DNA of 56,062 nt, filler included, from Basidiobolus ranarum (Eukaryota), in the NCBI GenBank assembly GCA_040143965.1. It is 6 parts of 6 records of this genome, joined end to end, with 100 filler letters (N's around TTAATTAATTAA, not from the genome) between each part and the next. Parts side by side here need not be neighbours in the genome. Positions count along the whole stretch, not along the records: positions 37,466 to 46,720 come from JASJQH010000852.1; positions 46,821 to 56,062 come from JASJQH010000853.1; 4 more parts are not named here. The stretch is one strand, 5' to 3'. The notes beneath the pieces are model-generated. The model was given only the letters and a program-made list of their open reading frames with translations, was not told the DNA's origin and did not search any database. The number at the start of each line of letters is the position of its first letter. Within the stretch, counting starts at the first letter, position 1. Positions 40,166-52,108 of the stretch are shown here, piece by piece. A program made the position numbers and the translations under genes.

Positions 40166-42210
40166 GAAGTCTTGAGAAAATGGTCAATTTCTAATATAAT
40201 TGTGTTTTCTGGATCAAGAACTGTAACTTGAGGTGAAAAATTTGCTTTTTCACCAAGAGTCATATCCCTACACCTAATTGACTTCTTAATTTTAAAATCA
40301 AACAGTCTGTAGTCCTTGGTTCTATCACAGTAGCCCAGAAATATTCATTTACAGCCCTTGGGTTCCAATTTACTGTTCTTTTCAGCTGTGATTTGGCAAT
40401 ATGCTTTGCAACCACAGTTCCTGAGATGGTCCACACTTGGTTTTGATCCATACAGGTTTCAAATGGAGTAGAACTTTATAGAAATCTTGTTGGGGATCTG
40501 TTTTTAATACAAACTGTAGCAAAGACAGAGTTGGGCCAATATAGGTAATCTAATTTATGATCATGTATCAATAATCTTGCCATCTCCAAATTTACCCTAT
40601 TTGCAAACTGTGCAACTCCACTTTGCTCTGGAGTGTAAGGTACAGTACTCTGCTGCTTGATACCATGTTTAGAGCAAAAACTGGCAAAGTCTCTAGAGCA
40701 GTGTGCTCCCCCCTTATCACTCCTCCTTACTTTTTTCTCTTATGCTGCTTTTTTCTGGACCATTGCTTTGTAGTACTTGAATGTGGCTAAGCTTTCAGAC
40801 TTTGCTTTGAGAAAGAACACCCAAATACATCTTGTTTTGCCATCCATAAAGGTCATAAAGTAACTTTACCCATCTAGTGAGATGCTTTTCATGGGATCAC
40901 ATGGATCAGAATGAATCAGGGAGGAATTCTGAGTGGATCTGATCTTGCCAAATCTTTAAAACAGCTGTCTCTAATTTTTTCATAAATGCAACCTTTGTTA
41001 AATTGAGCACAACTGTGCCATTACACACTGCATCTAGTGCATAGTCATCACCTAAGTAGACTCTCCTTGTTTGGATTGGATTGAAGCTGGAAAACTAATC
41101 TTTCTTGTTTGACATATGCTGGGATGCTCCTGAATAAATGTACCATGATTTTGGGTCTTGCTTAGTAGTTACTAATAGGCCAGACACAAATAGATGATCC
41201 TAATCAGTGCTTACTTGATTTGCTTGTTTCAACTTATAACTTTTTGGAAAAAATCCTTTTTCTGCAATCTTTAATCAAATGGCCTGGTTTCTTGCAATAT
41301 TTGCTGATGAATGATTTCCTATTACTGGCACTGTTATGGAAGCTGGTTGGATGTGTTAAACCTCCAAAAAATGCCTGATACCCAGTAGTGTCATGACAAC
41401 TTCATCTTCATTTAGGGGTGCTCCAAAGGATGATAGCTGCTGAGCCATAGCTTGGAACCATTTTATATGATTAGCCATAGAATCACCAGCATTCATCTGA
41501 TTTAAGAACAATTTCCTTTCAAGACATAGCTTATTAGCTAGATTTTTAGTATCATACAGTCCTCCAGTGTTTTCCAAGCATGTTGCACATTTTTTGCTCA
41601 GTGTATGTGCCTCAATTGAGAGTCTCTAAGATGCAGAAAAAGTGTAGGGAGTGTTTACTCTACCTCTTGTGGAAGACTACAATAGCTTTGAGCGGTCCCT
41701 TTAGCTCTATTATTTCTCCTGTAACAAATTCCCAAAGGTCCTTCTCTTCTAGCACCATTTGCTTATTGAACTTCTGAAGGTGAAAATCTTCACCATAAAA
41801 TTTCTCTGTTGATGCAAAGATATTGGTGAAAGTACTGGTAGACATTCCTTTGACAGCTAGCTTGGGGCTAATATTGTGATAAAAGTGTTTGGAGGACTTG
41901 GAGTTGTTCTTGGACAAGAGTTAGATTTGTAAATCAGGCACTTACATTTTGTTGAATTGAATATGTCCCATTTATAGTTGACTACATAATAGGACATTTG
42001 GTCAAGTTTAGTTCATTACAAACATGCCTGTAAAACATTTGTGAAAATTTGAGATGCTTTAGAGAAGATTTGAGAAAATTATGGAAATTAGTAAAACTGA
42101 TTGAATTGATACATCTACCAATTATGGCCATAGGTGCATGCTTTGATATAGCAAAAATGAATGTTGCCAAGTCAAAATGTAAATCATATGCAAAATGATA
42201 CTTAAGTATT
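40166..42210 (-). mobile_element. Degenerate Ty1/Copia unit C: LTR, gag, zinc knuckle, protease, integrase
   Basis: CKKPGHLIKDC knuckle (~41270); WYIYSGASQHM (~41130); LIHSDPCDPM...YFMTFMD...WVFFLKAKSE (~40800-40920); TVPYTPEQSGVA. Order gag-PR-IN is Copia-type. Confidence 0.88.
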
Positions 42211-42234
42211 GTGCACTATTTTTTTTCCTGCTAC

Positions 42235-42735
42235 AAGTACCCAAAGGTCCTTCTCTTCCACCACTTTTTGCAGCTTGAACTTCTAAATGCAGAGTTCTGT
42301 ATCATCCAGCTTCTCTGTGGATGCAAAAACATTGATAGTAGTACTGATAGACATTTCTTTCATGGGTAGCTTGGCAGTTATAGCATGACACAAGTGTTTT
42401 GTGGACTTGGAAGTGTTATGGACATAGCTTAGATTTGTCAACTAGACCCTTATGGATTATTGAATTGACTATATCCTATGTATGATTTACTACAAATTAG
42501 GACTCTTGGCTAAGTTATTATTGTATTTAACCTATCTATAAAGAATGTATTAATACATGCCATGATGTGGACCAGTTATGAAAAGTAGGAAAACAGGGTA
42601 AAAGTGATCTAATTGATATCTGAAGCAATTAGAGCAATATACATATATCTTTCAATGGCAGAATTGAGTTCTAAATAGTCAGAATATGAATCAACCAACC
42701 ACTGAATAAAAAATTGCTATGTATCCAGTTACAAT
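42235..42735 (-). mobile_element. Copia unit D: LTR plus first ~150 nt of gag
   Basis: Aligns by eye with 38320-38800 and 41730-42000. Confidence 0.7.
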
Positions 42736-44083
42736 AGAACTGAACTTTAAGGTGACACCTTGACATTTTCAACCTATTTCATAGCTTGGTACTGGATATA
42801 TTACTGATTTGGAGTATCAGATGCTTTGCAGGCTTTGGATCCAACACAATAATTAAGCATTGGGCTGTTACTACAGTCAATAGGCAGTATACCAAAGTTC
42901 CCAAGACAAATCACACTTGGCACTGAGCTTTATATTGCTTCAAGCAAAGTAGAATCTTGTAGTAATCTTGCTGAACTCCTGTATTCAGTTTAGGTTTTTG
43001 TGTACATAGACTCAATCTATTTCTTGAATCCTAAGATTGAAACATGTAAAATTATACTTATTATCTCTTTAACAGAGCTATCTGTGAGTGGTGCAATGCT
43101 CACCCAGATTTGATTGGGCAAAATTATCAATTTTAAAGCCTAAATCCAGCTATGTTTGGACTATTCAAACTAGTTTTGACTCCTCAGTCTGGCCTAGTCT
43201 TGGGTGGCATATGGGACAACTTATTAGTCAGGTGTTGCCCAATTTTTATGATCTGAATTTATTGACTGGATTTCAACCTTATTCACAAATGATCTTTTGC
43301 TATCAAAAGCTAAACAGATATTATTCTAGTCTGTAAGAGACAATCCTTGATGATTTGTATTGGAACATGTTTCAGTGTTTGAAATTAACTGGAAACCCAT
43401 CATGTGACAGGTCCTATGGACTGACAGAATGGATAGTGGAATTGATATGAAGTTAATGGATAAAATTAGGTGCTTGGTGGCAATTGAGATGAACTATACA
43501 GAAGTTGATAGTTGAATATATCTAAACTCAACAAAAAATTGTTATTGGTTAAATTGAACTTAACTTATCAAATAAAAGTGTGGTGTTGGAGAAAAAAGTG
43601 ACAAATAGTTGTGAACTTGATTGATCCAGAGAAACATTTGAGTGCTTAATCTTGAAAATGTTTAGCCTCAAGCATGAGATATTAGTAAAACACATCTACC
43701 AAACATGCATCTTGAGAAATAGCAATCAATTGCTATGCTTTGATGGAGCACAGACTTGCTAGGCAGCCAGGTTTATTGTTGTATGAATGCTAGTTGAAAC
43801 TGGGCTTTGGAAGGGAAATTTGTTGAATATGAGACAATGCTTAAACTACGTTGACAGGTGTCGAGATAGCATTTCTTTAAGGCACACTGAGAAGTGTTGA
43901 AATCCTATTTTTTTGGACTTTGTTTTGTGTGAATAAAGCCCCCAGCAGCTTGCTAGTCACAATCATTATCTTTTGAAATTCTGATCAGATGTATTGTTGT
44001 TGTCAAGCTTCAATGTTGTTACCAACAACAATGGTGCTAACTCCACCTCATTGTGTTTGACAGAAGGCTTTAGGCATCTATAC

Positions 44084-44348
44084 TGATGAAAGTGCTTGTA
44101 GAACTTGCAAGCACCTTGGACAAGAGTTAGGATGGCAAAAATATGAGGTGATTTGAAGATGACTTGAGAGCATGGCAATAATTGGTAAAAGTGATCAAAT
44201 TGATACATTTACTAGTTATGGCCAGAAGTGCATGTTTTGACATGGCAAAAATGAATAATGCAATGTCCCAATACATATCACTTGCTAAATGATAATGAAG
44301 TATTTGAATTATTCTAATTAAATTGTTATAGCTTATGCTAAGTTCACA
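44084..44348 (-). mobile_element. Solo LTR-like copy of the same Copia family
   Basis: tgatgaaagtgcttg...ttggacaagagttag...tggtaaaagtgatcaaattgatacat...gcaaaaatgaat matches the LTR blocks at 38454 and 41877; no adjacent gag. Confidence 0.65.
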
Positions 44349-46720
44349 TCTTGTGCCTATGTTCTCAACTTGACAAGGCTCAATAATCCTAACATATTTA
44401 AGTGGCAGTATATATACAAAGAGTGAGATTATATAGATCAAATTTTTGTTTGCCCTGCCGGAGGAAATTCTTGCAAGAGCACTTAGATAGCTGTTGAAAT
44501 CCAAAATTCACACTTTTTAATAAGGGTAACCAGCTCACTATCAGATCACTCTCTGATGGAGCAAACCCTTAACCATACCAGTTGCCTACTGTTTTTCTGT
44601 GACTGGCTAGGGAAAATGCACAAACTTTGATAAAGTTTCAAGATCTAATAAAAGCAGGAAACATACTTATACAGCTAGTTGGGCATGATAATTCAGAGCT
44701 AGAAGCTGTAATAACACATAGAGTTGAGTAACCTCACTTAGTAGCAATTTTGTTTTATTTTTAAAGAGAATTATGAGAGCATGCAGTTAGCTGTTAAAAG
44801 GAAGTAAATGGTTCACTTCCAGTAGAGCTCTGAGCATACTACTAGATAATATCTGAAATAGATATGTCTCTAACAATATGTTCATTAAGATTCTTTCCAT
44901 ATTCTCAAGTTCTAGGCTATTGCTAACCCTCTGGACTGGTGTCACTTGTAATCACAGCTAGCAAACAATCTTAGCAGCAAGTGCAATGTTTGCAATCACA
45001 GAGCCTTCTACTACTACCATAGGTACCACAGAACTGGGGCTATTAGTGATTTTTTCTATGCTGAAGATAAATATAGCAAGAGCATGCTGATAGCTGTTGA
45101 ATATTAGAGATTGTGTTTTCAACATACAAAAATCTTAGTCCTGTGTTGGAATATATTTCAATTAGCAACTGAGGACACTGACAGCTTTAAGTGCACCCTC
45201 ATATTTTGATGAACTATGTATAGGCAAAGACTCAAAACCAAGATGCTACCATCATTTACAGCTGAAAAGGATCCTGCAATAAGCTTTATATTTGTGATTG
45301 AAAAACCATCAGTCAACAGAGCATGTAAACACCATTGCCTTAGTAATAGTAATATATCATATTCAATATATTGAGTTTGCTAACAGATATCTAATAAGTA
45401 ATGGAAGTAGCAAGAAACTAAGGCAATATGGAGCATATCAAGCTTTGTAAAAAAGCTTTGCCCACTTCTTGGAAAAATCCTGTAGGATTAGCACAGACTG
45501 ATATTCCCAAAAATTTATCAAACCTTGGCAGATAAAGTGAGTTAGGCATAGTAAAGTTAGTGATTTGTTTGCTGAACTAGATGGCAACATGGGTTGGGCA
45601 TTCAGATAGCAGTTACAATCCAATTTACAGGCTCTATTGAAAAAAAGAGCAAGCTCACTAGGAGATAATCTTTGCATAGAATTTACTGTTAAGGATACTG
45701 GTATTCAGTCTTCAATGTTATTATGAGGAGTTGGTTGCATCATAAAGAACCAAAGCACAACTTTTAAGCTTACATTGCCACTTGTAATAGTTTTTTGCAG
45801 AAAATGCACTGCTCAGAAACCAAGAATCTTGATTAATAACAACAGGCCTTATTACTGATCTTTTGCAATGCAGGAGTCAAATGTAATGAGATCATGCAAG
45901 TAGGTGTTGCAATCCAAAGTTAAGGTTTTTCCAAAGTAAAGAACTCAGCTCATCACCCAAAAACATATGTAGTTGATAAATCTCTGCAAATACTGGCTTG
46001 AGTTCCACTGGCTCATTATCAAGGGCTACTTCTATAGTGTTATGACTTGTTATTAATGGCAGCTTAAGTTTTAGTTTATTTGAACAATAATTTGTGCTTT
46101 AAGTGAACTTGTACCCTACAATAGTGCCAGTATATACTGCATATATTACATCACATAAAGTATGCAACACTTACATAGCTTAACTTTGAACCTTTTAGCA
46201 TCCTATGGGTTGAGCAGTTTCAATTATTCCTAATTTGAATATTGAGCTAAGATCTAATGGACAATGACACAAAGGAGCAAGTCCAGTGTATCTACCCTGT
46301 CCTCTGATTGCTTTTATTACTGATGTTAGGTATCTGGGTGTCTATGATTAATCTTGATCAGATATATGGTCATCTGTTTTTAAGTCAAAGTAAGTCACAT
46401 AAAAAGTCTTAGTACAGCATTTTTCTATAGAAAGCAATATGCCACATATTTTACAGAGTGAAAAGGCAAAATAAGTACCTAGTCCTTTCACACTGCTGAG
46501 ATTAAGGAAGAAGCTGAGAGAATTCAAGAAAAAGATATTGAGGGCACATTAAAACTGACCAGAGAACATTATTTCACTATGAATCAGAGCTTGGGAATAT
46601 ATGTTGATCTTATTGGGAAAATATGGGCTGTTTGGAGGAACTTTAGAAAAGTGGAGTTGTGAATAGCTTTGTGAGATAATTGTTTATTGTCCAGAAATAA
46701 AGCATTTATACTTTTTGGTG

Positions 46721-46820
46721 NNNNNNNNNNNNNNNNNNNNNNNNNNNNNNNNNNNNNNNNNNNNTTAATTAATTAANNNNNNNNNNNNNNNNNNNNNNNN
46801 NNNNNNNNNNNNNNNNNNNN
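46721..46820. other. Artificial contig linker
   Basis: N44-TTAATTAATTAA-N44. Confidence 0.98.
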
Positions 46821-47231
46821 GTACCCGGACCTGAAGGATACATTATCTGGAGAATTAACGATCAAGAGATATGGAGAATGGATGCTGGAGCAATTGGACC
46901 TGACCCACGTTCAAAAACAGCCCAAAGACTTATTAGCGCTGAACCGATGTCCATTGTTATGAATTTTGCAATGTCGACTGCTTTTGGTGCGGTAAACCTT
47001 GAAGCCCTGCCCTTCCCAAGTACTATGAGTATCGACTACGTCCGTGTTTACCAGCTTCCCGACAAAATCAATGTTTCTTGTGATCCACCCAACTTCCCCA
47101 CCGCTAAATATATCAAAGATCATCCTAAAGCCTATAACTCTCCAACTGCACGAACATGGAAGGAAGCCGGTTACGAGTTCCCTAAATATTCGTTGGACCC
47201 GACTTGCTTTGGCAATAATACCACTTATTAG
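46821..47231 (+). CDS. KRE6/SKN1-like GH16 protein, copy 1 (3' fragment only)
   Basis: VPGPEGYIIW...QRLISAEPMSIVMN...FPSTMSIDYVRVYQ...CDPPNFPT..YI..H C-terminal Kre6/Skn1 signature. Confidence 0.9.
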   Translation, partial: VPGPEGYIIWRINDQEIWRMDAGAIGPDPRSKTAQRLISAEPMSIVMNFAMSTAFGAVNLEALPFPSTMSIDYVRVYQLPDKINVSCDPPNFPTAKYIKDHPKAYNSPTARTWKEAGYEFPKYSLDPTCFGNNTTY

Positions 47232-47845
47232 GTATTAGAATAACGTACTACTCATTATATAACCAATAGGGTATCACTGCTCTATACATAGATGGATCTA
47301 ATTATATATCTTTCGTGTCTCTCGTGTCTTTCACGTAACCTTGATAACAAACATAATAGCTACAGGGGTAATCATACTATATCTGGAAACTACCTCCGAT
47401 ATCCTGGGAGTGAAATGTATATACCTTACCCTATAGATAATCAAATAGCTTTGAAAGTAAGTTCGAAATCCTATAAATAAAATGATAGCCACTAAAATGG
47501 ATACAAACCTGGAAACTACCTAAAGCAGAGGATAGAATATAGTGTTATTGAAAGAACATGTAAGAAAGTTCCTTCCCTATGGTCGATGTATTCTCAATGA
47601 GTGATATATACTAAGCCTAATTGGTAGTCAATGATAACATGAGAAGATTCGAAAAATGTTTATATCAATATCAATTATAGTTTACAGTAAACAATTATTA
47701 GCTATATCCGTTGCTCCTATCCAAACTTAGTTATCGCTGTGAGATAGCTGGGTGTTCCATACTTCGTAAGTCATTGCTATATAAGAGTGCCAATGAACTA
47801 CTGTCCACTACATCTGTCAAGAGTACAAATTCCCTTCTATTAACA

Positions 47846-49471
47846 ATGGGATTCCTTCAGACGCATCGTTCGATTAAGTTGTCCGCAATAGTCGTTGTTG
47901 TAATAGGACTAATCTGTTTAGTAGTAATCACTCCGATTGTTCGTCACGAAAAGAACGAAAAACACCATGGTGGTAACTACAATGAAGCGGCTAAGGGATA
48001 CTCAAGCGCAAACGAAATCAACTCGAAGACTGAACTAATTTCTACCTTGATGACTGCATCATCGTCTTCCTCTACTTCCTCGGCATCCTCCTCAACAAAT
48101 GCTTCGACAAAGTCTTCATCCACTTCTTCAACCTCTTCTACTTCTACAACTTCATCTAAAACCTCATCTACCGCAACAGCAACACCTACTCCTGTTTCAC
48201 CTTGGATTGATCCTGACACTCCTAAGCAGTTTACAACCAAGTTTATTGGCGGTCAAAACTTTACTTTGGTGTTCTCTGATGAGTTCGAGAAGGCAGGCCG
48301 TACTTTTGCCGAAGGTGATGATCCTAAATGGACTGCTGTAGATTTGTGGTACTGGGCTACTGGTGACTTGGAGTGGTATAGTCCTAAAGCAGTTTCTACA
48401 TCAGATGGTAGCATGAAGATTAGAATGACTAAGGAGGAGATCAATGGCCACTCATACATGAGCGGTATGGTTCAAAGTTGGAACAAGTTTTGCTTCACTG
48501 GTGGTATTATTGAAGTCAATGTATCTCTTCCTGGTTCTAGTGAGATTCCTGGTTTCTGGCCCGGTATTTGGACGATGGGTAACTTGGGTAGAGCTGGATA
48601 TGGAGCCACTACTGATGGTACCTGGCCATATTCTTATGATACTTGTGATGCTGCAGTCGCCGTCAATCAAAGTATGCCTATGAACCACAACCTAGGCAAT
48701 CAATGCTCTCTACAACCAGGTCAAAGACTTAACAAATGTGTATGCCCTGGTGAGGACCACCCTAACCCTGGTGTTGGTCGTGGTGCTCCAGAAATCGATA
48801 TTTTGGAAGCCTCTGTTGATCCCTCAACCAAACTCGGCACAGCTTCAATGTCAGATCAATTAGCACCCTTCAACTTCAATCCTGCTAATAACCAACGCAA
48901 TGTAGATCAGCAATATGTTGAAATTTATAACAAGGAAGAAACACATCTCGGCTGGACAGGTGGACCATTACAACAATGCGTTTCTGGCGTAGCATCCATT
49001 CCTCCCGATGCTTACGAAGGAAGAGGCTTCCAAACATACTCATTCGAATATGTACCTGGAGCTGAAGGATATATTATCTGGAGAATCAACGACGTAGATA
49101 TCTGGAAAATGGATGCTAAGGCTATTGGACCTGATCCACTCTCTAAAACTGCTCAAAGACTTGTTAGTGAAGAGCCTATGTCAATTATTATGAATTTCGG
49201 TATGTCAGCCAGTTGGGTTTGGGGTTTCGAATCCGACCTTGAAAAGTTGCCCTTCCCAAGTACCATGAGTATCGACTATGTCCGTGTTTACCAACTTCCT
49301 GACAAGATCAATGTTTCTTGTGATCCACCCAACTTCCCCACCGCTCAATATATCAAAGATCATCCTAAAGCCTATAACTCTCCAACTGCAAGAACATGGA
49401 AGGAAGCCGGTTACGAGTTCCCTAAATATTCTCTTGAGCCAACTTGCTTTGCCAAGGATGTAACCAACTAA
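47846..49471 (+). CDS. KRE6/SKN1-like GH16 glucanase/transglycosylase, copy 2; type-II membrane protein with Ser/Thr stalk; intronless
   Basis: LVFSDEF, DLWYWATGDLEWY, SGMVQSWNKFCF, GNLGRAGYGATT.G.WPYSY, GRGAPEIDILE catalytic motif. First ATG 47846 with TATATAA about 65 nt upstream. Confidence 0.93.
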   Translation: MGFLQTHRSIKLSAIVVVVIGLICLVVITPIVRHEKNEKHHGGNYNEAAKGYSSANEINSKTELISTLMTASSSSSTSSASSSTNASTKSSSTSSTSSTSTTSSKTSSTATATPTPVSPWIDPDTPKQFTTKFIGGQNFTLVFSDEFEKAGRTFAEGDDPKWTAVDLWYWATGDLEWYSPKAVSTSDGSMKIRMTKEEINGHSYMSGMVQSWNKFCFTGGIIEVNVSLPGSSEIPGFWPGIWTMGNLGRAGYGATTDGTWPYSYDTCDAAVAVNQSMPMNHNLGNQCSLQPGQRLNKCVCPGEDHPNPGVGRGAPEIDILEASVDPSTKLGTASMSDQLAPFNFNPANNQRNVDQQYVEIYNKEETHLGWTGGPLQQCVSGVASIPPDAYEGRGFQTYSFEYVPGAEGYIIWRINDVDIWKMDAKAIGPDPLSKTAQRLVSEEPMSIIMNFGMSASWVWGFESDLEKLPFPSTMSIDYVRVYQLPDKINVSCDPPNFPTAQYIKDHPKAYNSPTARTWKEAGYEFPKYSLEPTCFAKDVTN

Positions 49472-50034
49472 ACTTTAGTAACCAGTTAAGTTTGATGATA
49501 CTTGACCGGCATATTTTTTCTTACCCCCGCCTTGTCCTCGCAATTGTATTCATATATCCCAATCCATTCATATACCCTGAACGTACCGTTGACAAAGGTC
49601 ATAGACCACTAACATTTCCAACAACGTAATAGCCAAGTAGGGTGAGTACTATGATTTGAAGCTCTCTCAGATTCCTAATTGTTGTTATGAAATGTATTTA
49701 GAAATAAGTTTTTATAAATAAAATATGATTAAAACATGACTGACAATCTCTACTTGGAGTAAGGGCTACATCGACCGTTGCTTTCAATGTCTAACCTGGA
49801 TTGTTACTAGGCCATGTGTTCAACAACAAAGATGGCATGAACGAGTTCAAATATAGATAAGTTAGTGATCGAAGAAACTGTATCTGATAGATATGACATT
49901 CCAGGTCTATGCTCACGTATTTGGGTCATAAAGAACGTGGGTACTACTGAATATGATACTCTTACCAGGGTACCTGATCATATTTCGAAGATACATGTGA
50001 TCCTTGATTCTAAATAAAGAATAATAGGAGATTT

Positions 50035-50100
50035 ATAACCCTAACCCTAATCTTATATGGACAAAATATCTATTATAGCCTAGCTTAGGGTTAGGGTTAT
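50035..50100. repeat. Inverted telomere-type repeats: (TAACCC)2.5 - 34-nt spacer - (GGGTTA)2.5
   Basis: ataaccctaaccctaa at 50035-50050 and its exact reverse complement ttagggttagggttat at 50085-50100. Confidence 0.85.
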
Positions 50101-50460
50101 GTAATCTTATAATTCAGATGACTCCAAACCACTTCGGAAATCAACCTAAAATCTGCAACTCGCAAATATGTATCTCGAAAAACCGGAAAGAAGTTATGTG
50201 CGAGCTTACCCTAATAAAGTTCAGACTTAGCCAAGAGTTCCATAATGTTTGCATAACAATACGTGTGAGGTTATTAAGTATCCAAATGCCCTTAATATGA
50301 TTATTTCTCATGACTACACATCCCAAAACGGAAAAGGTAAACATACACGGCTATCTGAGTGTTTTAGTAAATCCTACCTAGAGCTTCACCAAGGTAACAT
50401 TGCAAGTGACTTGGAACAATGAACTCTCAGTAATACATAGGGTCGACGTCCGCTTCAGAA

Positions 50461-51438
50461 AATTCTTCTTCAACGTCTTCATTAACTTCTTCATCTAAAA
50501 CCTCATCTACCGCTACAGCAACACCTACTCCTGTTTCACCTTGGGTTGATCCTGACACTCCTAAGCAGTTTACAAACAAGTCGATTGGTGGTCAAAACTT
50601 TACTTTGGTGTTCTCTGATGAGTTCGAGAAGGCAGGCCGTACATTTACTGAAGGTGATGACCCTAAGTGGACTGCTGTAGACCTTCATTACTGGCCTACC
50701 AATGACTTTGAGTGGTATAGCCCCGATGCTGTTTCCACATCAGATGGCAGTATGAAAATTACCATGAGTAAGCATGAGATCAATGGCCACTCATACATGA
50801 GCGGTATGGTTCAGCTTTAATCCCCATACTGGCTGCCGTATATGCATATTTATGACCCTACAGCACAAAAAAACTCATATGAAGGTGATTACCTCCAACA
50901 ATGTCTCTCTACTGTTGCTCGCATACCACCAGCTGTATACCTCCAACAATGCCTCTCTACTGTTGCTCGCATTCCACCAGCTGTATATGAAGGAAAAGCT
51001 TTTCAAACATACTCCTTGGAATATGTACCTGGAGCTGAAGGATACATTATCTGGAGAATTAACGGTCAGGATATATGGGGACTAGATGCTGGAGCAGTTG
51101 GGCCTGACCCACTCTCCAAAACTGCTCAAAGACTTATTAGTGAAGAGCCCATGTCGATTATCATGAATGTTGTCATGTCAGATAATTGGGTTGGAAAGGT
51201 TCCTTTCAACGAATTGACCCTCCCAAGTACAATGTGGATCGGTTATGTCCGCGTCTATCAACTTCCTGATAAAATTAATGATTCTTGTGATCCACCCAAC
51301 TTCCCTACCGCTCAATATATCAAAGATCGCCCTAAAGCCTACAACTCGCCAATTCCAAGAACATGGCAAGAGGCTGGCTATGAGTTCCCCAAGTATTCTA
51401 TCTCCTCAACTTGTTCGGCCAACAAATTGACCAATTAG
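50461..51438 (+). pseudogene. KRE6/SKN1-like pseudogene, copy 3
   Basis: No start codon or TM segment; stop right after MSGMVQL; roughly 370 nt including the EIDIxE motif deleted relative to copy 5; 48-nt tandem duplication 50890-50937/50938-50985. Confidence 0.88.
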
Positions 51439-52108
51439 TATGGTCAGCACCAGTAATTTTTGAAATAAATAATATGATTTAGAAGCCGATATTTACGCTG
51501 TATCCTATCGAGTAATTCCTATCGCGCAATCAATATCTTCCTCTATCCCTACAACTGCATCGAGAACTATCCAATATTACCTTGGATTAATCTTTAGCTT
51601 TAGGTGTCTTTAGGTACTTCAGTAAATCCATCGAGTGTTATCATGATACGTACCTGACGTAACTTTCCAGGCGTAACTTTCATTCCCCGTCACGTTTGTT
51701 GTGTTAATTTCCGGAAACGTTATACATACAACAAATACTGATCTACTCCAATATAAGACATGAGTAAGCCACTTCATAAATCGCCATTCGATCCAGATAC
51801 TACAATGATCTGGTCTAAGAAACTTCTTTATTTGTACTGAACGAGCGATATAAGGCAGGGTGGCATTAGCTAGTGATTTGAAGATTAGATTTGGATTATG
51901 TCTATGCTATTGTTAATTATAGCATCCTATCATACGCAGTGAAATTCAAAAATAGGTAAATCAGTAACAGATAAACTAAACCAAAGTTGACAATAAGCAA
52001 CTGTATTCATTCCCAAACTCGTAGCAATACTCTCCATGATGTGATTAGCATTTTTATATAAAGACGTTGATGAACTGCCACCATTCATCCGACTCCGAGC
52101 TGTTAACA

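Noticed and set aside
47711-47845. N-terminal extensions in the ORF track for KRE6 copies 2 and 4 and the C2H2 gene
   Set aside because: They begin at TTG and overlap or abut the TATA region; the conserved taacaATGGG context or first ATG marks the likely start.
50035-50050. CTAACCCTAA as a telomerase RNA template
   Set aside because: It is paired with an exact inverted copy 34 nt away, and no other telomerase RNA feature is recognisable.
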